Position numbers and translations under genes: made by a program
NCBI GenBank assembly: GCA_900752445.1
Contig: CAADVN010000050.1
Coordinates: 1-42,410 of the forward strand
DNA: 42,410 bases
Direction of reading: 5' to 3'
Source of the DNA: an uncultured Oscillospiraceae bacterium
GTDB taxonomy: Bacteria; Bacillota; Clostridia; Oscillospirales; Oscillospiraceae
Part shown: positions 1 to 9,041 of the stretch, piece after piece
How the letters are laid out: every line of letters begins with the position of its first letter
How positions within the stretch are numbered: position 1 is the stretch's first letter
Notes under the pieces: generated by a model
Seen by the model: only the letters and a program-made list of their open reading frames with translations
What the model was told of the DNA's origin: nothing
The model's database searches: none

Positions 1-139
1 CTATATTCACTTCTACAACCACGAGCGCATCCAATTGAAAACAGGAGAGGCGCCGCTAGCGCGTCGCCTCTCCGCCTAAAACTCAATATTTCCTACCAGA
101 GCTCTTTTTTGTGCTGTCCGCACAATCTGGGGCTGTTCA
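1..139 (+). mobile_element. Right end of an IS3-family insertion sequence (partial, continues left of the window)
   Basis: A transposase C-terminus runs to the stop at 77-79. Positions 115-139 read TGTCCGCACAATCTGGGGCTGTTCA. The reverse complement, TGAACAGCCCCAGATTGTGCGGACA, has the TG...CCC...GGAC layout of IS3-family terminal inverted repeats (5'-TG/CA-3' ends). The exact end is inferred. Confidence 0.5.
2..79 (+). CDS. IS3-family DDE transposase (OrfB/rve), C-terminal fragment
   Basis: Frame 2 reads YIHFYNHERIQLKTGEAPLARRLSA* from the window edge. The FYNxxRxxxxL tail is the conserved C-terminus of IS3/IS150-type transposases. Confidence 0.6.
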   Translation, partial: YIHFYNHERIQLKTGEAPLARRLSA

Positions 140-188
140 CGGCGGGCCCCTGAGCTTTTTGCCGGTCTTTATAATGGGCTTTATGGCC

Positions 189-635
189 TCAGCCTATGCT
201 GTAGCCTCCCCTTATGAGCAGGGTCGAGTCCGCCGAGGCCGTCAGCGACGTCGCAGCAGAGGCCAGGCACAGATGGTTACGCACTAGCTCCGCGCCGGCG
301 TCCGTGCCGCCCGTCACATCCGCCAGGCTTCCGCTCACAGTGCAGCTGCCGGACCTGAGCACCACCTCGGCTCCGGATGTGAGCGTCACCGTCTGTCCCG
401 CGCCCAAGTCCACCGCCGTGAACGAGGCGCTGCCGCTGCCGCCCAGGCCCTTCGTCGCCTCGGAGATCTTTGCGTCCACACTGTCCTCTATCTGAGGCTG
501 CAGCACGTCCTGCAGATAGCTCATCGCCACCAGCGGGTCGGACTGCGTGCCATAGTTCGTCGCGGCATACGCGCCTATGCCGCCCGCAAGCAGCGCTACA
601 GCTATCACAAGTACGACTATCTGCCATTTTTTCAT
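189..635 (-). CDS. Hypothetical exported or membrane-anchored protein
   Basis: 148-aa ORF with an N-terminal hydrophobic segment (MKKWQIVVLVIAVALLAGGIGAYA). The remainder is Ser/Gly/Thr/Ala-rich. No family recognised. Confidence 0.55.
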   Translation of the reverse strand: MKKWQIVVLVIAVALLAGGIGAYAATNYGTQSDPLVAMSYLQDVLQPQIEDSVDAKISEATKGLGGSGSASFTAVDLGAGQTVTLTSGAEVVLRSGSCTVSGSLADVTGGTDAGAELVRNHLCLASAATSLTASADSTLLIRGGYSIG

Positions 636-689
636 CTTATGTACCTCCCGGCTCTCTTCCCCCGGCTGTTGGGCCGGGGGATTCTTTTG

Positions 690-1052
690 TCACTGCGCCA
701 GGCCGAAGCTCACGGCTATGGCGCTGTTAACCCTGTCCATCGTGGGCCCGTCGAGCTGGCCCATCCTCTCGCGCAGGCGGGACTTGTCAAGCGTCCTTAT
801 CTGCTCGAGCAATATCACACTGTCCCGGCTAAGGCCGTAGTTTCGCGCCGACAGCTCAATGTGCGTCGGCAGCCTGGCCTTCCCCGTCTGTGAGGTTATT
901 GCCGCGGCGATCACCGTCGGGCTGTGCCGGTTGCCCGTGTCGTTCTGGACTATGAGCACCGGCCTCATGCCGCCCTGCTCACTGCCCACTACCGGGCTGA
1001 GGTCGGCATAGTAGATGTCTCCGCGTCTTACTGGATTTTGCATTGCCTTCAC
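690..1052 (-). CDS. mazF: MazF/PemK (EndoA-type) mRNA interferase toxin
   Basis: [46 protein letters not shown]...RLPTHIEL...[16 protein letters not shown] is a textbook MazF sequence. A GGAGAG motif 8 nt upstream favours the ATG at 1043 over the GTG at 1052. Confidence 0.9.
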   Translation of the reverse strand: MKAMQNPVRRGDIYYADLSPVVGSEQGGMRPVLIVQNDTGNRHSPTVIAAAITSQTGKARLPTHIELSARNYGLSRDSVILLEQIRTLDKSRLRERMGQLDGPTMDRVNSAIAVSFGLAQ

Positions 1053-1153
1053 TCTCCGTATAGTGCCCGTTCATATTATATGTAACGATACGGGCAGCGG
1101 TACTCATACCGCCATAGCTATTTTCACACGGAGCGCGATGTTTTATTCATGCG

Positions 1154-2272
1154 TCATCCAATATACACGCGCGGCACCCTCGGCGAGATGGCACACAGCA
1201 GCTCGTAGGATATCGTGCCCGCGATCTCCGCAAGCTCCGTCGCCTCAGGCTCGTCGCCGAACACCGTCACTATGTCCCCGGCCCTGACCTCTGGCATCTC
1301 GCTCACGTCCACCATGCACATATCCATGCATATGCGTCCGACCTGCCGCGCACGTTTGCCGTTTATCACAACGTCGAACCGGCCCGACAGGCTCCTGTGC
1401 AGGCCGTCCGCGTAGCCCACGGGTATGACCGCGAGGCGCATGTCCCGCTCGCAGGTGAAGATGCGCCCGTAGCTTATCGTGTCGCCCGCGTGGTGCTCCG
1501 TCACCTCGGCCACCCTTGTGAGCAGCCGCATCACCGGCTTCAGATCCAGCCCGCCGCGCTCCCTGCCCGGGTACAACCCGTACAGCAGCAGGCCCGGCCT
1601 CACCATGTCGAGGTAGGTCTCCCTGAAGTTTACCACAGCTCCGCTGTTGGCGCAATGCCTGATGCCGAGTCCCCGGCCGGTTTCATTTTCCAGCGCGTCC
1701 ACCGCTGCGGTAAATTTTCCGAACTGCTCCAGTGTAAAGCTCTCTTCCGGCTCGTCCGACACGGCAAAATGCGTGAAAACGCCGGTGACATCCAGTCCGG
1801 GAAGCCCGGTCATCTCCCTGACGCCGGCCATCTCCGCCTCGCTCGCCACGGAAAAGCCCGTGCGGCCCATACCCGTCTCGAGCTTTATGTGGCAGCGGAG
1901 CCGGAGCCCAGTGCCCTCGAGCGCGCGGCTCATGCCCCTTGCGCAGTCGATATCCCCTATCGCCTGGGTCGCGTCCAGCCGCGCTATGTCCGGAGCGAGG
2001 AAGGCCGGGCTGGGCGCGAGTATCAGTATGGGCATTTTGAGCCCTGCCTGCCTCAGCTCCGCCGCTTCCTCGTAGCAGGACACCGCGATGCAGTCCGCGC
2101 CTATTTGCTCGAGCCTTTTCGCCACCGTCACCGCGCCGTGGCCGTAGCCGTTGGCCTTGCACAGCCCCGCAAAGCGGCAGCCCTCGGGCAGCACCCGCCT
2201 TATCTCGTTATAATTGTGCTCCAGGCGGCTCAGATCTATCTCCGCCCAGGTCCTCTTGTCTTCGTTTCTCAT
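1154..2272 (-). CDS. alr: Alanine racemase
   Basis: 372 aa. Contains the PLP-lysine motif CKANGYGHG and VIPVGYADGLHR. The length is typical of Alr. Confidence 0.95.
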   Translation of the reverse strand: MRNEDKRTWAEIDLSRLEHNYNEIRRVLPEGCRFAGLCKANGYGHGAVTVAKRLEQIGADCIAVSCYEEAAELRQAGLKMPILILAPSPAFLAPDIARLDATQAIGDIDCARGMSRALEGTGLRLRCHIKLETGMGRTGFSVASEAEMAGVREMTGLPGLDVTGVFTHFAVSDEPEESFTLEQFGKFTAAVDALENETGRGLGIRHCANSGAVVNFRETYLDMVRPGLLLYGLYPGRERGGLDLKPVMRLLTRVAEVTEHHAGDTISYGRIFTCERDMRLAVIPVGYADGLHRSLSGRFDVVINGKRARQVGRICMDMCMVDVSEMPEVRAGDIVTVFGDEPEATELAEIAGTISYELLCAISPRVPRVYIG

Positions 2273-2287
2273 TGTCTCGCCTTCCGT

Positions 2288-2848
2288 TCAGACGAGGGCA
2301 AAACCCTCTATCCTGCACAATATGAGCGTCTTCCCGCTCTCCCGGCTCGTAAACTCCGCGGAGACCGGCAGGCCGTTCCCGTCCAACCTCAGCGTTATCG
2401 CCGTCTCGTCCTCAGGCACGAGGCTCACTACGCTCTCGCCGCCCTCGGTCCAGGCCAGCTCTACGTACGCTTCACGTATCGCCTCGCAGAGCCTCGGCAG
2501 CGCCGTCACCGGCGACAGGCCCTTTGAGACCTCGCCCGCGTCCAGCATCAGGCCCTCGTACTCGACCTTCGCGCTCCCGGCCTCTATCCGCGCCCGGACG
2601 CCCGATATCAGCTCCGGCGCCGTGGCCTCCACCTCGCTCGACTCCGCGCCCGACGTGCATTCGAGCCCGTATTCCAGCTGTGTGCCGTCCTGCGCATAGG
2701 CCGTGACGTCCGCCGTCAGCTCCGCATCTGAATCCAACATAGAGGCCCGCAGCTCCTCAAAGGCCTCCCTCGCAGCGTCCTTTCCACAGGCCGCAAGCGG
2801 GATGGCAAGGAGCAGTGTCATTAGTGCGGCCATCATCCTTCGCCGCAT
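2288..2848 (-). CDS. Lipoprotein of unknown function, in the position of YdcC in the Bacillus acpS-ydcC-alr-ndoAI-ndoA arrangement
   Basis: The internal start MRRRMMAALMTLLLAIPLAACGKD carries a lipobox (LAAC). GGAGG lies upstream of the ATG at 2848. The longer track ORF (to 3010) overlaps nnrD and is rejected. Confidence 0.65.
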   Translation of the reverse strand: MRRRMMAALMTLLLAIPLAACGKDAAREAFEELRASMLDSDAELTADVTAYAQDGTQLEYGLECTSGAESSEVEATAPELISGVRARIEAGSAKVEYEGLMLDAGEVSKGLSPVTALPRLCEAIREAYVELAWTEGGESVVSLVPEDETAITLRLDGNGLPVSAEFTSRESGKTLILCRIEGFALV

Positions 2849-2853
2849 GTCTC

Positions 2854-3717
2854 CTATTCCTCCGTCAGGGTTTTCAGCGCAGCCGGAAGCAGCCTTATCA
2901 TGTCCGTTGGCGTCATGCCGTACTCGCCGAGCTCCGCGGCCGCCATGTCGCCCGCGAGGCCGTGGATGTACACCGCCGCCTTCACCGCCTCGCGGAACGG
3001 CAGCTGGCACAGCATCGCAGCCGTGATGCCCGTCAGCACGTCGCCCGAGCCGCCGCGCGCCATGCCGGGATTTCCGGTACGGTTCACGGCGTAGTCACCG
3101 TCCGGGAAGGCTATGACACTGCCCTGGCCCTTGAGCACCACGGTGCAGCCCCAGCGCTCCGCAAAGCGGCGCGCCGAGCTCACCCTGTCACCGCTCAGCA
3201 GCCCGCCGAGATAGGCAAACTCGCCCTCGTGCGGCGTGAGCACCGTAGGGCAGGCGGCGTTCTCAAGCACGCTCATGTCCCGCGAGAGCGCCCAGAGCGC
3301 GTCCGCGTCCACCACCGTCGGTACCCTTGAGGCGGCGAGCGCGCCCTGCACCAGCTCCGTCACCCCGGCGCTGCGGCCAAGGCCCGGGCCGATGGCCAGG
3401 CAGCTCATGTGCTCCAGCCTCGCCTCGACCTCCGGCACCGCGTCCGCAGACAGTCTGCCTCGCTCGTCGCAGGGCAGGGGGAAGGGCATAGCCTCGTCGT
3501 TCTTCACCGCCGTGATGCCGTAGATGCTCTCCGGCACGCCGAGCCACACCAGGCCCGCCCCGGCCCTGACCGCCGCACGCGACGCGAAGGTCGGAGCGCC
3601 CGTGTAGCCGCGGCAGCCGCCCAGTATGAGCAGCCGTCCGTAGTCGCGCTTGGAGCTGTCCCGTGCGCGCTTCGGCAGCGTAGGCGCCGTATTGAGTTTT
3701 TCGTTCTCATTTTTCAT
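2854..3717 (-). CDS. nnrD: ADP-dependent NAD(P)H-hydrate dehydratase (YjeF C-terminal / carbohydrate kinase family)
   Basis: LILGGCRGYTGAPTFASRAAVRAGAGLV and GNPGMARGGSGDVLTGI are signature motifs of this family. Confidence 0.88.
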   Translation of the reverse strand: MKNENEKLNTAPTLPKRARDSSKRDYGRLLILGGCRGYTGAPTFASRAAVRAGAGLVWLGVPESIYGITAVKNDEAMPFPLPCDERGRLSADAVPEVEARLEHMSCLAIGPGLGRSAGVTELVQGALAASRVPTVVDADALWALSRDMSVLENAACPTVLTPHEGEFAYLGGLLSGDRVSSARRFAERWGCTVVLKGQGSVIAFPDGDYAVNRTGNPGMARGGSGDVLTGITAAMLCQLPFREAVKAAVYIHGLAGDMAAAELGEYGMTPTDMIRLLPAALKTLTEE

Positions 3718-3759
3718 GGCATAACATTATACATTTTTCAAATTAATTAGTCAAATCAT

Positions 3760-3788
3760 TTGACTTCCGGCGCTGGCTGTGCTATAAA
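3760..3788 (+). promoter_or_regulatory. Sigma-A-type promoter for the pheST leader
   Basis: TTGACT (3760-3765), a 17-nt spacer, then TATAAA (3783-3788), directly upstream of the T-box leader. Confidence 0.5.
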
Positions 3789-3794
3789 TGTATT

Positions 3795-4040
3795 CCAGTT
3801 GAAGATGTTTTAGTGCTGAGAACGGGAAAATGACTCAAATCGGCGCAGCAGAGAGGAAGGGCCGGCGGCTGGAAGCCCTTCGCGTACGTGAGAGCCTGGT
3901 TCGCCCGGGAGCACCGGCCAATCACCGGCGGGTCAGCCCGTTACAGCTTTGAGAGCGGCCTTTTGGCCGAAGTACGGGTGGTACCGCGGAAGATCGGGTC
4001 TTTCGTCCTGTGTGGGACGGGGGCCTGTTTTTTGTTGTAC
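3795..4040 (+). promoter_or_regulatory. T-box riboswitch leader (Phe specifier) controlling pheST
   Basis: - AGAGA box at about 3850.
- A UUC Phe codon at 3879-3881 in a specifier-like context.
- The conserved T-box core GGGTGGTACCGCG at 3975-3988.
- A terminator hairpin plus T-run at about 3995-4033, just before pheS. Confidence 0.85.
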
Positions 4041-4069
4041 CGATACTGAAAGGGGAAGTCAGAAGCAAA

Positions 4070-5095
4070 ATGAAAGAGATGCTGGAAAAGCTCAGAGAGG
4101 TATCCACCGCAGCCATAGCCGAGGCCGCGAGCACTGAGGCTCTCGAGCAGCTCAGAGTAAAGTACCTCGGGAAAAAGGGCGAGCTCACCGCCATCCTGAA
4201 GCAGATGGGCAAGCTGGATGTGGAGGAGCGGCCCGTGATGGGCATGCTTGCCAACAGCGTTCGCACCGAGCTTGAGGCCGCTCTGGAGAGCCGCAAGTCC
4301 GCCCTGGCCGAGAAGGCCATGGAGGCGAGGCTCCGCGCCGAGACTGTGGACGTCACGCTGCCGGGCAAAAAGGAGCGCGCGGGCCACAAGCACCCCATGA
4401 ACGTAGTGGTCGATGAGATCAAGGACATCTTCATCGGCATGGGCTTTGAGATAGACGACGGGCCGGAAGTGGAGCTCTCGAGCTACAACTTTGACCGTCT
4501 GAACACCGACGAGGGGCACCCCGCCCGCGAGTGGACGGACACCTTCTATCTGGACGATGCCAGCCGCACCCTGCTGCGCACGCACACCTCGCCCATGGAG
4601 CCGCGCATCATGGAGAGCCGCAAGCTGCCCATCCGCGCCGCCGTCTTCGGCCGCTGCTACAGGAAGGACGAGGTCGACGCCACGCACAGCCCCATGTTCC
4701 ATCAGATGGAGGGCCTGGTCGTCGATAAGCACATCACCTTCGCGGACCTCAAGGGCGCCCTGCACAACATGGCCGTCCAGATGTACGGTCCCGGCACCGT
4801 GACGCGCTTCCGCCCGCACCACTTCCCCTTCACAGAGCCCAGCTGCGAGATGGACGTACAGTGCCACAAGTGCGGCGGCGTGGGCTGCCCCACCTGCAAG
4901 GGCGAGGGCTGGATAGAGCTGCTCGGCGCCGGCGTCTGCAACCCCAAGGTGCTCAAAATGAGCGGCATTGACCCGGACAAGTACTCCGGCTGGGCCTTCG
5001 GCATGGGCCTCGAGCGCGCCGCCATGCGCCGCTTCAAGATAGCCGACCTGCGTCTGCTGTTTGAAAATGACGTCAGGTTCCTTGAGCAGTTTTAA
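4070..5095 (+). CDS. pheS: Phenylalanine--tRNA ligase alpha subunit
   Basis: Class II aaRS motifs FRPHHFPFTEPS and GWAFGMGLERAAM. The start MKEMLEKL at 4070 follows AAAGGGGAAG. The track start at 4010 would overlap the T-box terminator. Confidence 0.95.
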   Translation: MKEMLEKLREVSTAAIAEAASTEALEQLRVKYLGKKGELTAILKQMGKLDVEERPVMGMLANSVRTELEAALESRKSALAEKAMEARLRAETVDVTLPGKKERAGHKHPMNVVVDEIKDIFIGMGFEIDDGPEVELSSYNFDRLNTDEGHPAREWTDTFYLDDASRTLLRTHTSPMEPRIMESRKLPIRAAVFGRCYRKDEVDATHSPMFHQMEGLVVDKHITFADLKGALHNMAVQMYGPGTVTRFRPHHFPFTEPSCEMDVQCHKCGGVGCPTCKGEGWIELLGAGVCNPKVLKMSGIDPDKYSGWAFGMGLERAAMRRFKIADLRLLFENDVRFLEQF

Positions 5096-5109
5096 GGGAG
5101 GGCTTTGAG

Positions 5110-7512
5110 ATGAAACTTTCGAGAAAATGGCTCGCCGAGTTCGTGGACCTCAGCCTTGAGGAGAAGAACGACCGCGAGTTTGCCGAGGCCATGACCCTCT
5201 CCGGCTCCAAGGTCGAGGGCACGGAGATACTCGGCGAGAATATAAAGAACGTCGTAGTCGGCAAGATAGTCGAGATGGTCCGCCACCACGACTCCGACCA
5301 CATGTGGACCTGCCAGGTGGACGTCGGCGGGCCGAGGCTTTTGCAGATAGTCACCGGCGCGCAGAACCAGAAGGTCGGCGACCTCGTGCCCATCGCGCTC
5401 GACGGCTCGACCCTGCCCGGCGGCGTGGAAATACACACCACCGTCTTCCGCGGCGAGCTCTCCGAGGGCATGATGTGCTCGCTCAAGGAGCTGGGCCTCA
5501 CCCTGCACGACTTCCCCTACGGCTATGAGGACGGGCTCTTCATCCTCCAGGAGGACTGCAAGCCTGGCGACGACATCAGGCCCATTATAGGCCGCGACGA
5601 CCATGTCGTGGAGTTCGAGATAACCCCGAACCGCTCCGACTGCCTTTCCGTCATCGGCCTCGCGCGCGAGGCGGCTGTGACCTTCAACAAGCCGCTCAAG
5701 CTGCACGAGCCCGTGGTCAAGGGCTGCGGCGGCGGCAAGACCGTGGCCGACTACGTGCGCATAGACATTGAGAACCCGGACCTCTGCCCGCGCTATACCG
5801 CGAGGATGGTAAAGAACGTCAAGATAGCCCCCTCGCCCAAGTGGATGCGCGAGCGCATCGCCGCCATGGGCATGAGGCCCATCAACAACATCGTCGATAT
5901 CACGAACTACGTCATGATGGAGTACGGCCAGCCCATGCACGCCTTCGACTTTGCCTGCGTGGACGGCGACCACATCATCGTCAGGACGGCCCGCGAGGGC
6001 GAGGCCATCCGCACCCTGGACGGCACGGAGCGCAAGCTGAACACGAACATGCTCTGCATCTGCGACGAGCACAAGCCCGTCGGCGTCGCCGGCGTCATGG
6101 GCGGCGAGAACTCCGAGATCGAGGGCGACACCGCCTTCGTCCTCTTCGAGAGCGCGAACTTCAACGGCACCTCTATCCGCCGCACCGCCGCCGCGCTGGG
6201 CATGAGGACGGACGCCTCCGCGAGGTACGAGAAGGGCCTTGACCCCTACCTCACCATGCGCGCCGTGAACAGGGCCTGCGAGCTCGTCGAGCTGCTCGGC
6301 GCGGGCGAGGTCGTGGACGGCTATGTGGACGTGTTCCCGAACCCTCCCGCCCCGCTCAAGCTGCCGCTCGACGTGGCGAAGGTCAACTGGATACTCGGCA
6401 CCGACATCGCCGGCGGCACCATGCGCAATATACTCCGCCGCCTGGGCTTCACGCTCGAGGGCGGGATGGTGACCGTCCCTTCGTGGAGGCTCGACATCAG
6501 CAGCGAGTACCACAGCAACGACTTTGCCGAGGAGATAGCCAGGATCTACGGCTTCAACAACATCCCCGGCACGCTCATGGAGGGCGCGGGCACGACCCAG
6601 GGCGGCTTCACGAAGGAGCAGCTGGTCGAGCGCCTGCTGGGTGCGGTCTGCCGCGCCGACGGCTACGATGAGGTCATCACCTACTCCTTCTACAGCCCCG
6701 CCGGCTGGGACATGATAAGGCTGCCCGAGGATTCCCCGCTCAGGGACGCCATCCGCATCCTGAACCCGCTCGGCGAGGACACGAGCTGCATGAGGACGAC
6801 CATGCTGCCCTCCATGCTCGAGGTGCTGGCGCGCAACTGGAACTACCGCAATAAGGACGTGCGGCTCTACGACTTCGGGCGCATCTACAAAAAGCGCGCC
6901 GACGGCCTGGCCGACGAGCCGAAGCAGCTCACCCTGGGCGCCTACGGCGAGGACATGGACTTCTACGCCATGAAGGGCGACGTCGAGGCGCTGCTTGACG
7001 CGCTGCGTATCGGGAACGCGGAGTACAGAGCCGTGACGGACAACCCGAGCTATCACCCGGGCCGCTGCGCCGAGGTCAGCGTGAACGGGCGCAGGCTCGG
7101 CATCTTCGGCCAGATACACCCGCTGGTCGCGCGCAACTACGGCGTGGCCGACGAGCTGTACACGGCGGAATTGGATTTTGCCGCCCTGTTCGAGAGCCGC
7201 GTGACCGAGGTCTATTACGCCCCGCTGCCGCGCTTCCCCTCTGTGAACCGCGACATCGCAGTGGTGTGCGACGACGCGCTCACCGCGGGCGAGCTCATAG
7301 GCTGCATCCGCGAGGCGGGCGGCGGATACCTCAAGAGCTGCGAGGTATTCGACGTCTACAAGGGCAAGAATATCCCCGAGGGCAAGAAGTCCATCGCCTT
7401 CTCTCTGGTGCTCCGCTCCGACGACCAGACCCTCACCGACGCGCACGCCGACGAGGCCGTCCAGGCCATACTCGCAGCCCTGCACGAGAAATACGGCGCG
7501 GTCATCCGCTGA
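5110..7512 (+). CDS. pheT: Phenylalanine--tRNA ligase beta subunit
   Basis: 800 aa. It has an N-terminal tRNA-binding domain (VVGKIVEMVRHHDSDHMWTCQVDVG), B3/4 and B5 regions, and a C-terminal FDX-ACB-like domain. It lies immediately downstream of pheS. Confidence 0.97.
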   Translation: MKLSRKWLAEFVDLSLEEKNDREFAEAMTLSGSKVEGTEILGENIKNVVVGKIVEMVRHHDSDHMWTCQVDVGGPRLLQIVTGAQNQKVGDLVPIALDGSTLPGGVEIHTTVFRGELSEGMMCSLKELGLTLHDFPYGYEDGLFILQEDCKPGDDIRPIIGRDDHVVEFEITPNRSDCLSVIGLAREAAVTFNKPLKLHEPVVKGCGGGKTVADYVRIDIENPDLCPRYTARMVKNVKIAPSPKWMRERIAAMGMRPINNIVDITNYVMMEYGQPMHAFDFACVDGDHIIVRTAREGEAIRTLDGTERKLNTNMLCICDEHKPVGVAGVMGGENSEIEGDTAFVLFESANFNGTSIRRTAAALGMRTDASARYEKGLDPYLTMRAVNRACELVELLGAGEVVDGYVDVFPNPPAPLKLPLDVAKVNWILGTDIAGGTMRNILRRLGFTLEGGMVTVPSWRLDISSEYHSNDFAEEIARIYGFNNIPGTLMEGAGTTQGGFTKEQLVERLLGAVCRADGYDEVITYSFYSPAGWDMIRLPEDSPLRDAIRILNPLGEDTSCMRTTMLPSMLEVLARNWNYRNKDVRLYDFGRIYKKRADGLADEPKQLTLGAYGEDMDFYAMKGDVEALLDALRIGNAEYRAVTDNPSYHPGRCAEVSVNGRRLGIFGQIHPLVARNYGVADELYTAELDFAALFESRVTEVYYAPLPRFPSVNRDIAVVCDDALTAGELIGCIREAGGGYLKSCEVFDVYKGKNIPEGKKSIAFSLVLRSDDQTLTDAHADEAVQAILAALHEKYGAVIR

Positions 7513-7545
7513 GCGTTTTGTAATTGAATCGTAATATTGCGGTGC

Positions 7546-7573
7546 TTTACACTTCCGGGAATTTTGGTATAAT
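7546..7573 (+). promoter_or_regulatory. Promoter for ireB
   Basis: TTTACA (7546-7551), a 16-nt spacer, then an extended -10 TGGTATAAT (TATAAT at 7568-7573). Confidence 0.55.
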
Positions 7574-7621
7574 GATTCTCAGTTGAGGAAATCATAGCAT
7601 ACGACCGGGGAGGGCATCGAC

Positions 7622-7864
7622 ATGGAAGACGTAACGAGGAGATTCACGGCTATTGACAATAGGAACGAGACACGCGAGATCCTGTCCTCCGTGTATGATT
7701 CGCTGAAGGTCAAGGGCTATAACCCCATAAATCAGCTCGTGGGCTATATAATCTCCGAGGACCCGACCTATATCACGAACTACAACAACGCCCGCAGCCT
7801 CATCTGCCGTCTTGACAGGGACGAGCTGCTTCAGGAGCTGCTCGTGAGCTATCTCGGGAAATAA
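7622..7864 (+). CDS. ireB: IreB-family regulatory phosphoprotein (UPF0297/YrzL)
   Basis: 80 aa containing [38 protein letters not shown] and [13 protein letters not shown], the conserved UPF0297 core. Confidence 0.85.
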   Translation: MEDVTRRFTAIDNRNETREILSSVYDSLKVKGYNPINQLVGYIISEDPTYITNYNNARSLICRLDRDELLQELLVSYLGK

Positions 7865-7874
7865 AAACTAAAAA

Positions 7875-7902
7875 CCGGGGCCGCCTTTGCGGCTCCGGTT
7901 TT
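7875..7902 (+). terminator. Rho-independent terminator after ireB (looks bidirectional)
   Basis: ACCGGGGCCGC-CTTT-GCGGCTCCGGT followed by TTTTC. An A-run on the left side means it could also work on the other strand. Confidence 0.7.
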
Positions 7903-7909
7903 CGCTTAT

Positions 7910-7946
7910 GTCCCTGCGGCACGCCCTGCCGCAGGGACTATTTTTA
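7910..7946 (+). terminator. Second tandem rho-independent terminator
   Basis: Perfect 12-bp stem GTCCCTGCGGCA / TGCCGCAGGGAC followed by TATTTTTA. Confidence 0.65.
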
Positions 7947-8002
7947 TCAGGCTTTCTGCCATTTACAAGCTGAGCACAGCATATTACGCCCCTGCGCTCA
8001 CG

Positions 8003-9037
8003 TCAATCGCCGCGGCCACGGTGCTCCGCCCTGTGCGTCGAGGGACGTATGAGCAGGTTCGAGGCCGTGGCATAGGTCTGCGTCTGAAGGTTCGGGCGGC
8101 GTATGCAGTCCGTCAGGAGCTTTGCCGCCTGCGCGCCCATGTCCCGGACGTCTATATCCACGACGGTCAGCTCGGGGCTCGTCAGGCGCGAGTAGGGGTA
8201 GTCGTCGAAGGTCATCACCGCCGCGTCCTGCGGTATCCTCAGCCCCAGCTCCTCCAGCGCGGCCACACAGCCGAGGGCTATGAGGTTGTTCGCACAGACG
8301 ATGGCGTCCGGGGCCGGTTTTCCCGCCATGAGCCCCAGCGTCATCCTGCGCCCCTCCTGGCGCGTGGACTCGCCCAGCCAGATATAGCTCTCTGACAGCT
8401 GCCTGCCCGCGCTCTCCAGGCCCTGGCGCACACCCTCCAGCCTGTGGGCCGAGATCATGTCGTGCTCGCTGCCGCCGATGAAGGCGATGCGCCTGTAGCC
8501 CTCGTCCAAAAGGTGCGAGACCGCCGTCATGCCTGAGAAGACATTGTTTATGTCTATCCAGCAGACCTGGCTCTCAAAATTGGGCAGGCCCAGGACTATG
8601 TGCGGGAACCTCGTACGCGTGAGCAGGGCCGCGAGCGGCCTCGACATGACCGAGGCGTGTATAGCCAGCCCGTCGCAGCCCCGGCGGTTTATGAGCTCCG
8701 CCGCAGCCTCGCAGGCCTCCGTCGTGTCCGTCGAGCGCAGGGCCAGCGTGTAGCCCCGGGCGCGCAGCCCCTCCTCGAGGCCCGAGATCATCTCGAACAG
8801 ATGCGGGTTCTCAAAGGCCGTGTCCGGCCTCAGGTCGGCAAAGCAGACCGCCGTGCGCGTCGAACCGCGCGCAAAGCTCTGCGCGCTCGCGCTCGGGTAA
8901 TAGCCCAGCTCGCGCATCACGGCGCGCACGCGCTCCGCCGTCTCCTCCGAGATGCTGTAATGCCCGTTTATGACCTTTGACACCGTCGATATCGACGTAC
9001 CCGCCGCCGCGGCCACGTCCTTTATCGTGACGGACAC
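8003..9037 (-). CDS. LacI-family transcriptional regulator
   Basis: N-terminal HTH MSVTIKDVAAAAGTSISTVSKVINGH followed by a periplasmic-binding-protein-like sugar-binding fold. It is the last gene of the maltodextrin operon. Confidence 0.9.
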   Translation of the reverse strand: MSVTIKDVAAAAGTSISTVSKVINGHYSISEETAERVRAVMRELGYYPSASAQSFARGSTRTAVCFADLRPDTAFENPHLFEMISGLEEGLRARGYTLALRSTDTTEACEAAAELINRRGCDGLAIHASVMSRPLAALLTRTRFPHIVLGLPNFESQVCWIDINNVFSGMTAVSHLLDEGYRRIAFIGGSEHDMISAHRLEGVRQGLESAGRQLSESYIWLGESTRQEGRRMTLGLMAGKPAPDAIVCANNLIALGCVAALEELGLRIPQDAAVMTFDDYPYSRLTSPELTVVDIDVRDMGAQAAKLLTDCIRRPNLQTQTYATASNLLIRPSTHRAEHRGRGD

Positions 9038-9041
9038 CGGC

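Noticed and set aside
1053-1153. Search for a MazE-like antitoxin ORF between alr and mazF
   Set aside because: Only 8-aa and 3-aa peptides and a 42-aa out-of-frame ORF overlapping mazF are present. Nothing resembles an antitoxin. The absence is reported as a finding rather than calling a gene.
1397-2527. 376-aa ORF antisense to alr. The same kind of ORF occurs at 3941-4867, 9489-10187, 11742-12725, 16922-18148, 20244-21104, 21107-21868, 22069-23634, 23456-24925, 25288-26304, 26775-27398, 27645-28388 and 40502-41419.
   Set aside because: All lie opposite confidently identified genes and have the Arg/His/Pro-rich composition of non-coding frames in GC-rich DNA.
5092-7485. 797-aa ORF antisense to pheT
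   Set aside because: This is a typical high-GC antisense artefact. Its composition is Arg/His/Gly/Ala/Leu-rich with no recognisable motifs, while the plus-strand pheT is unmistakable.
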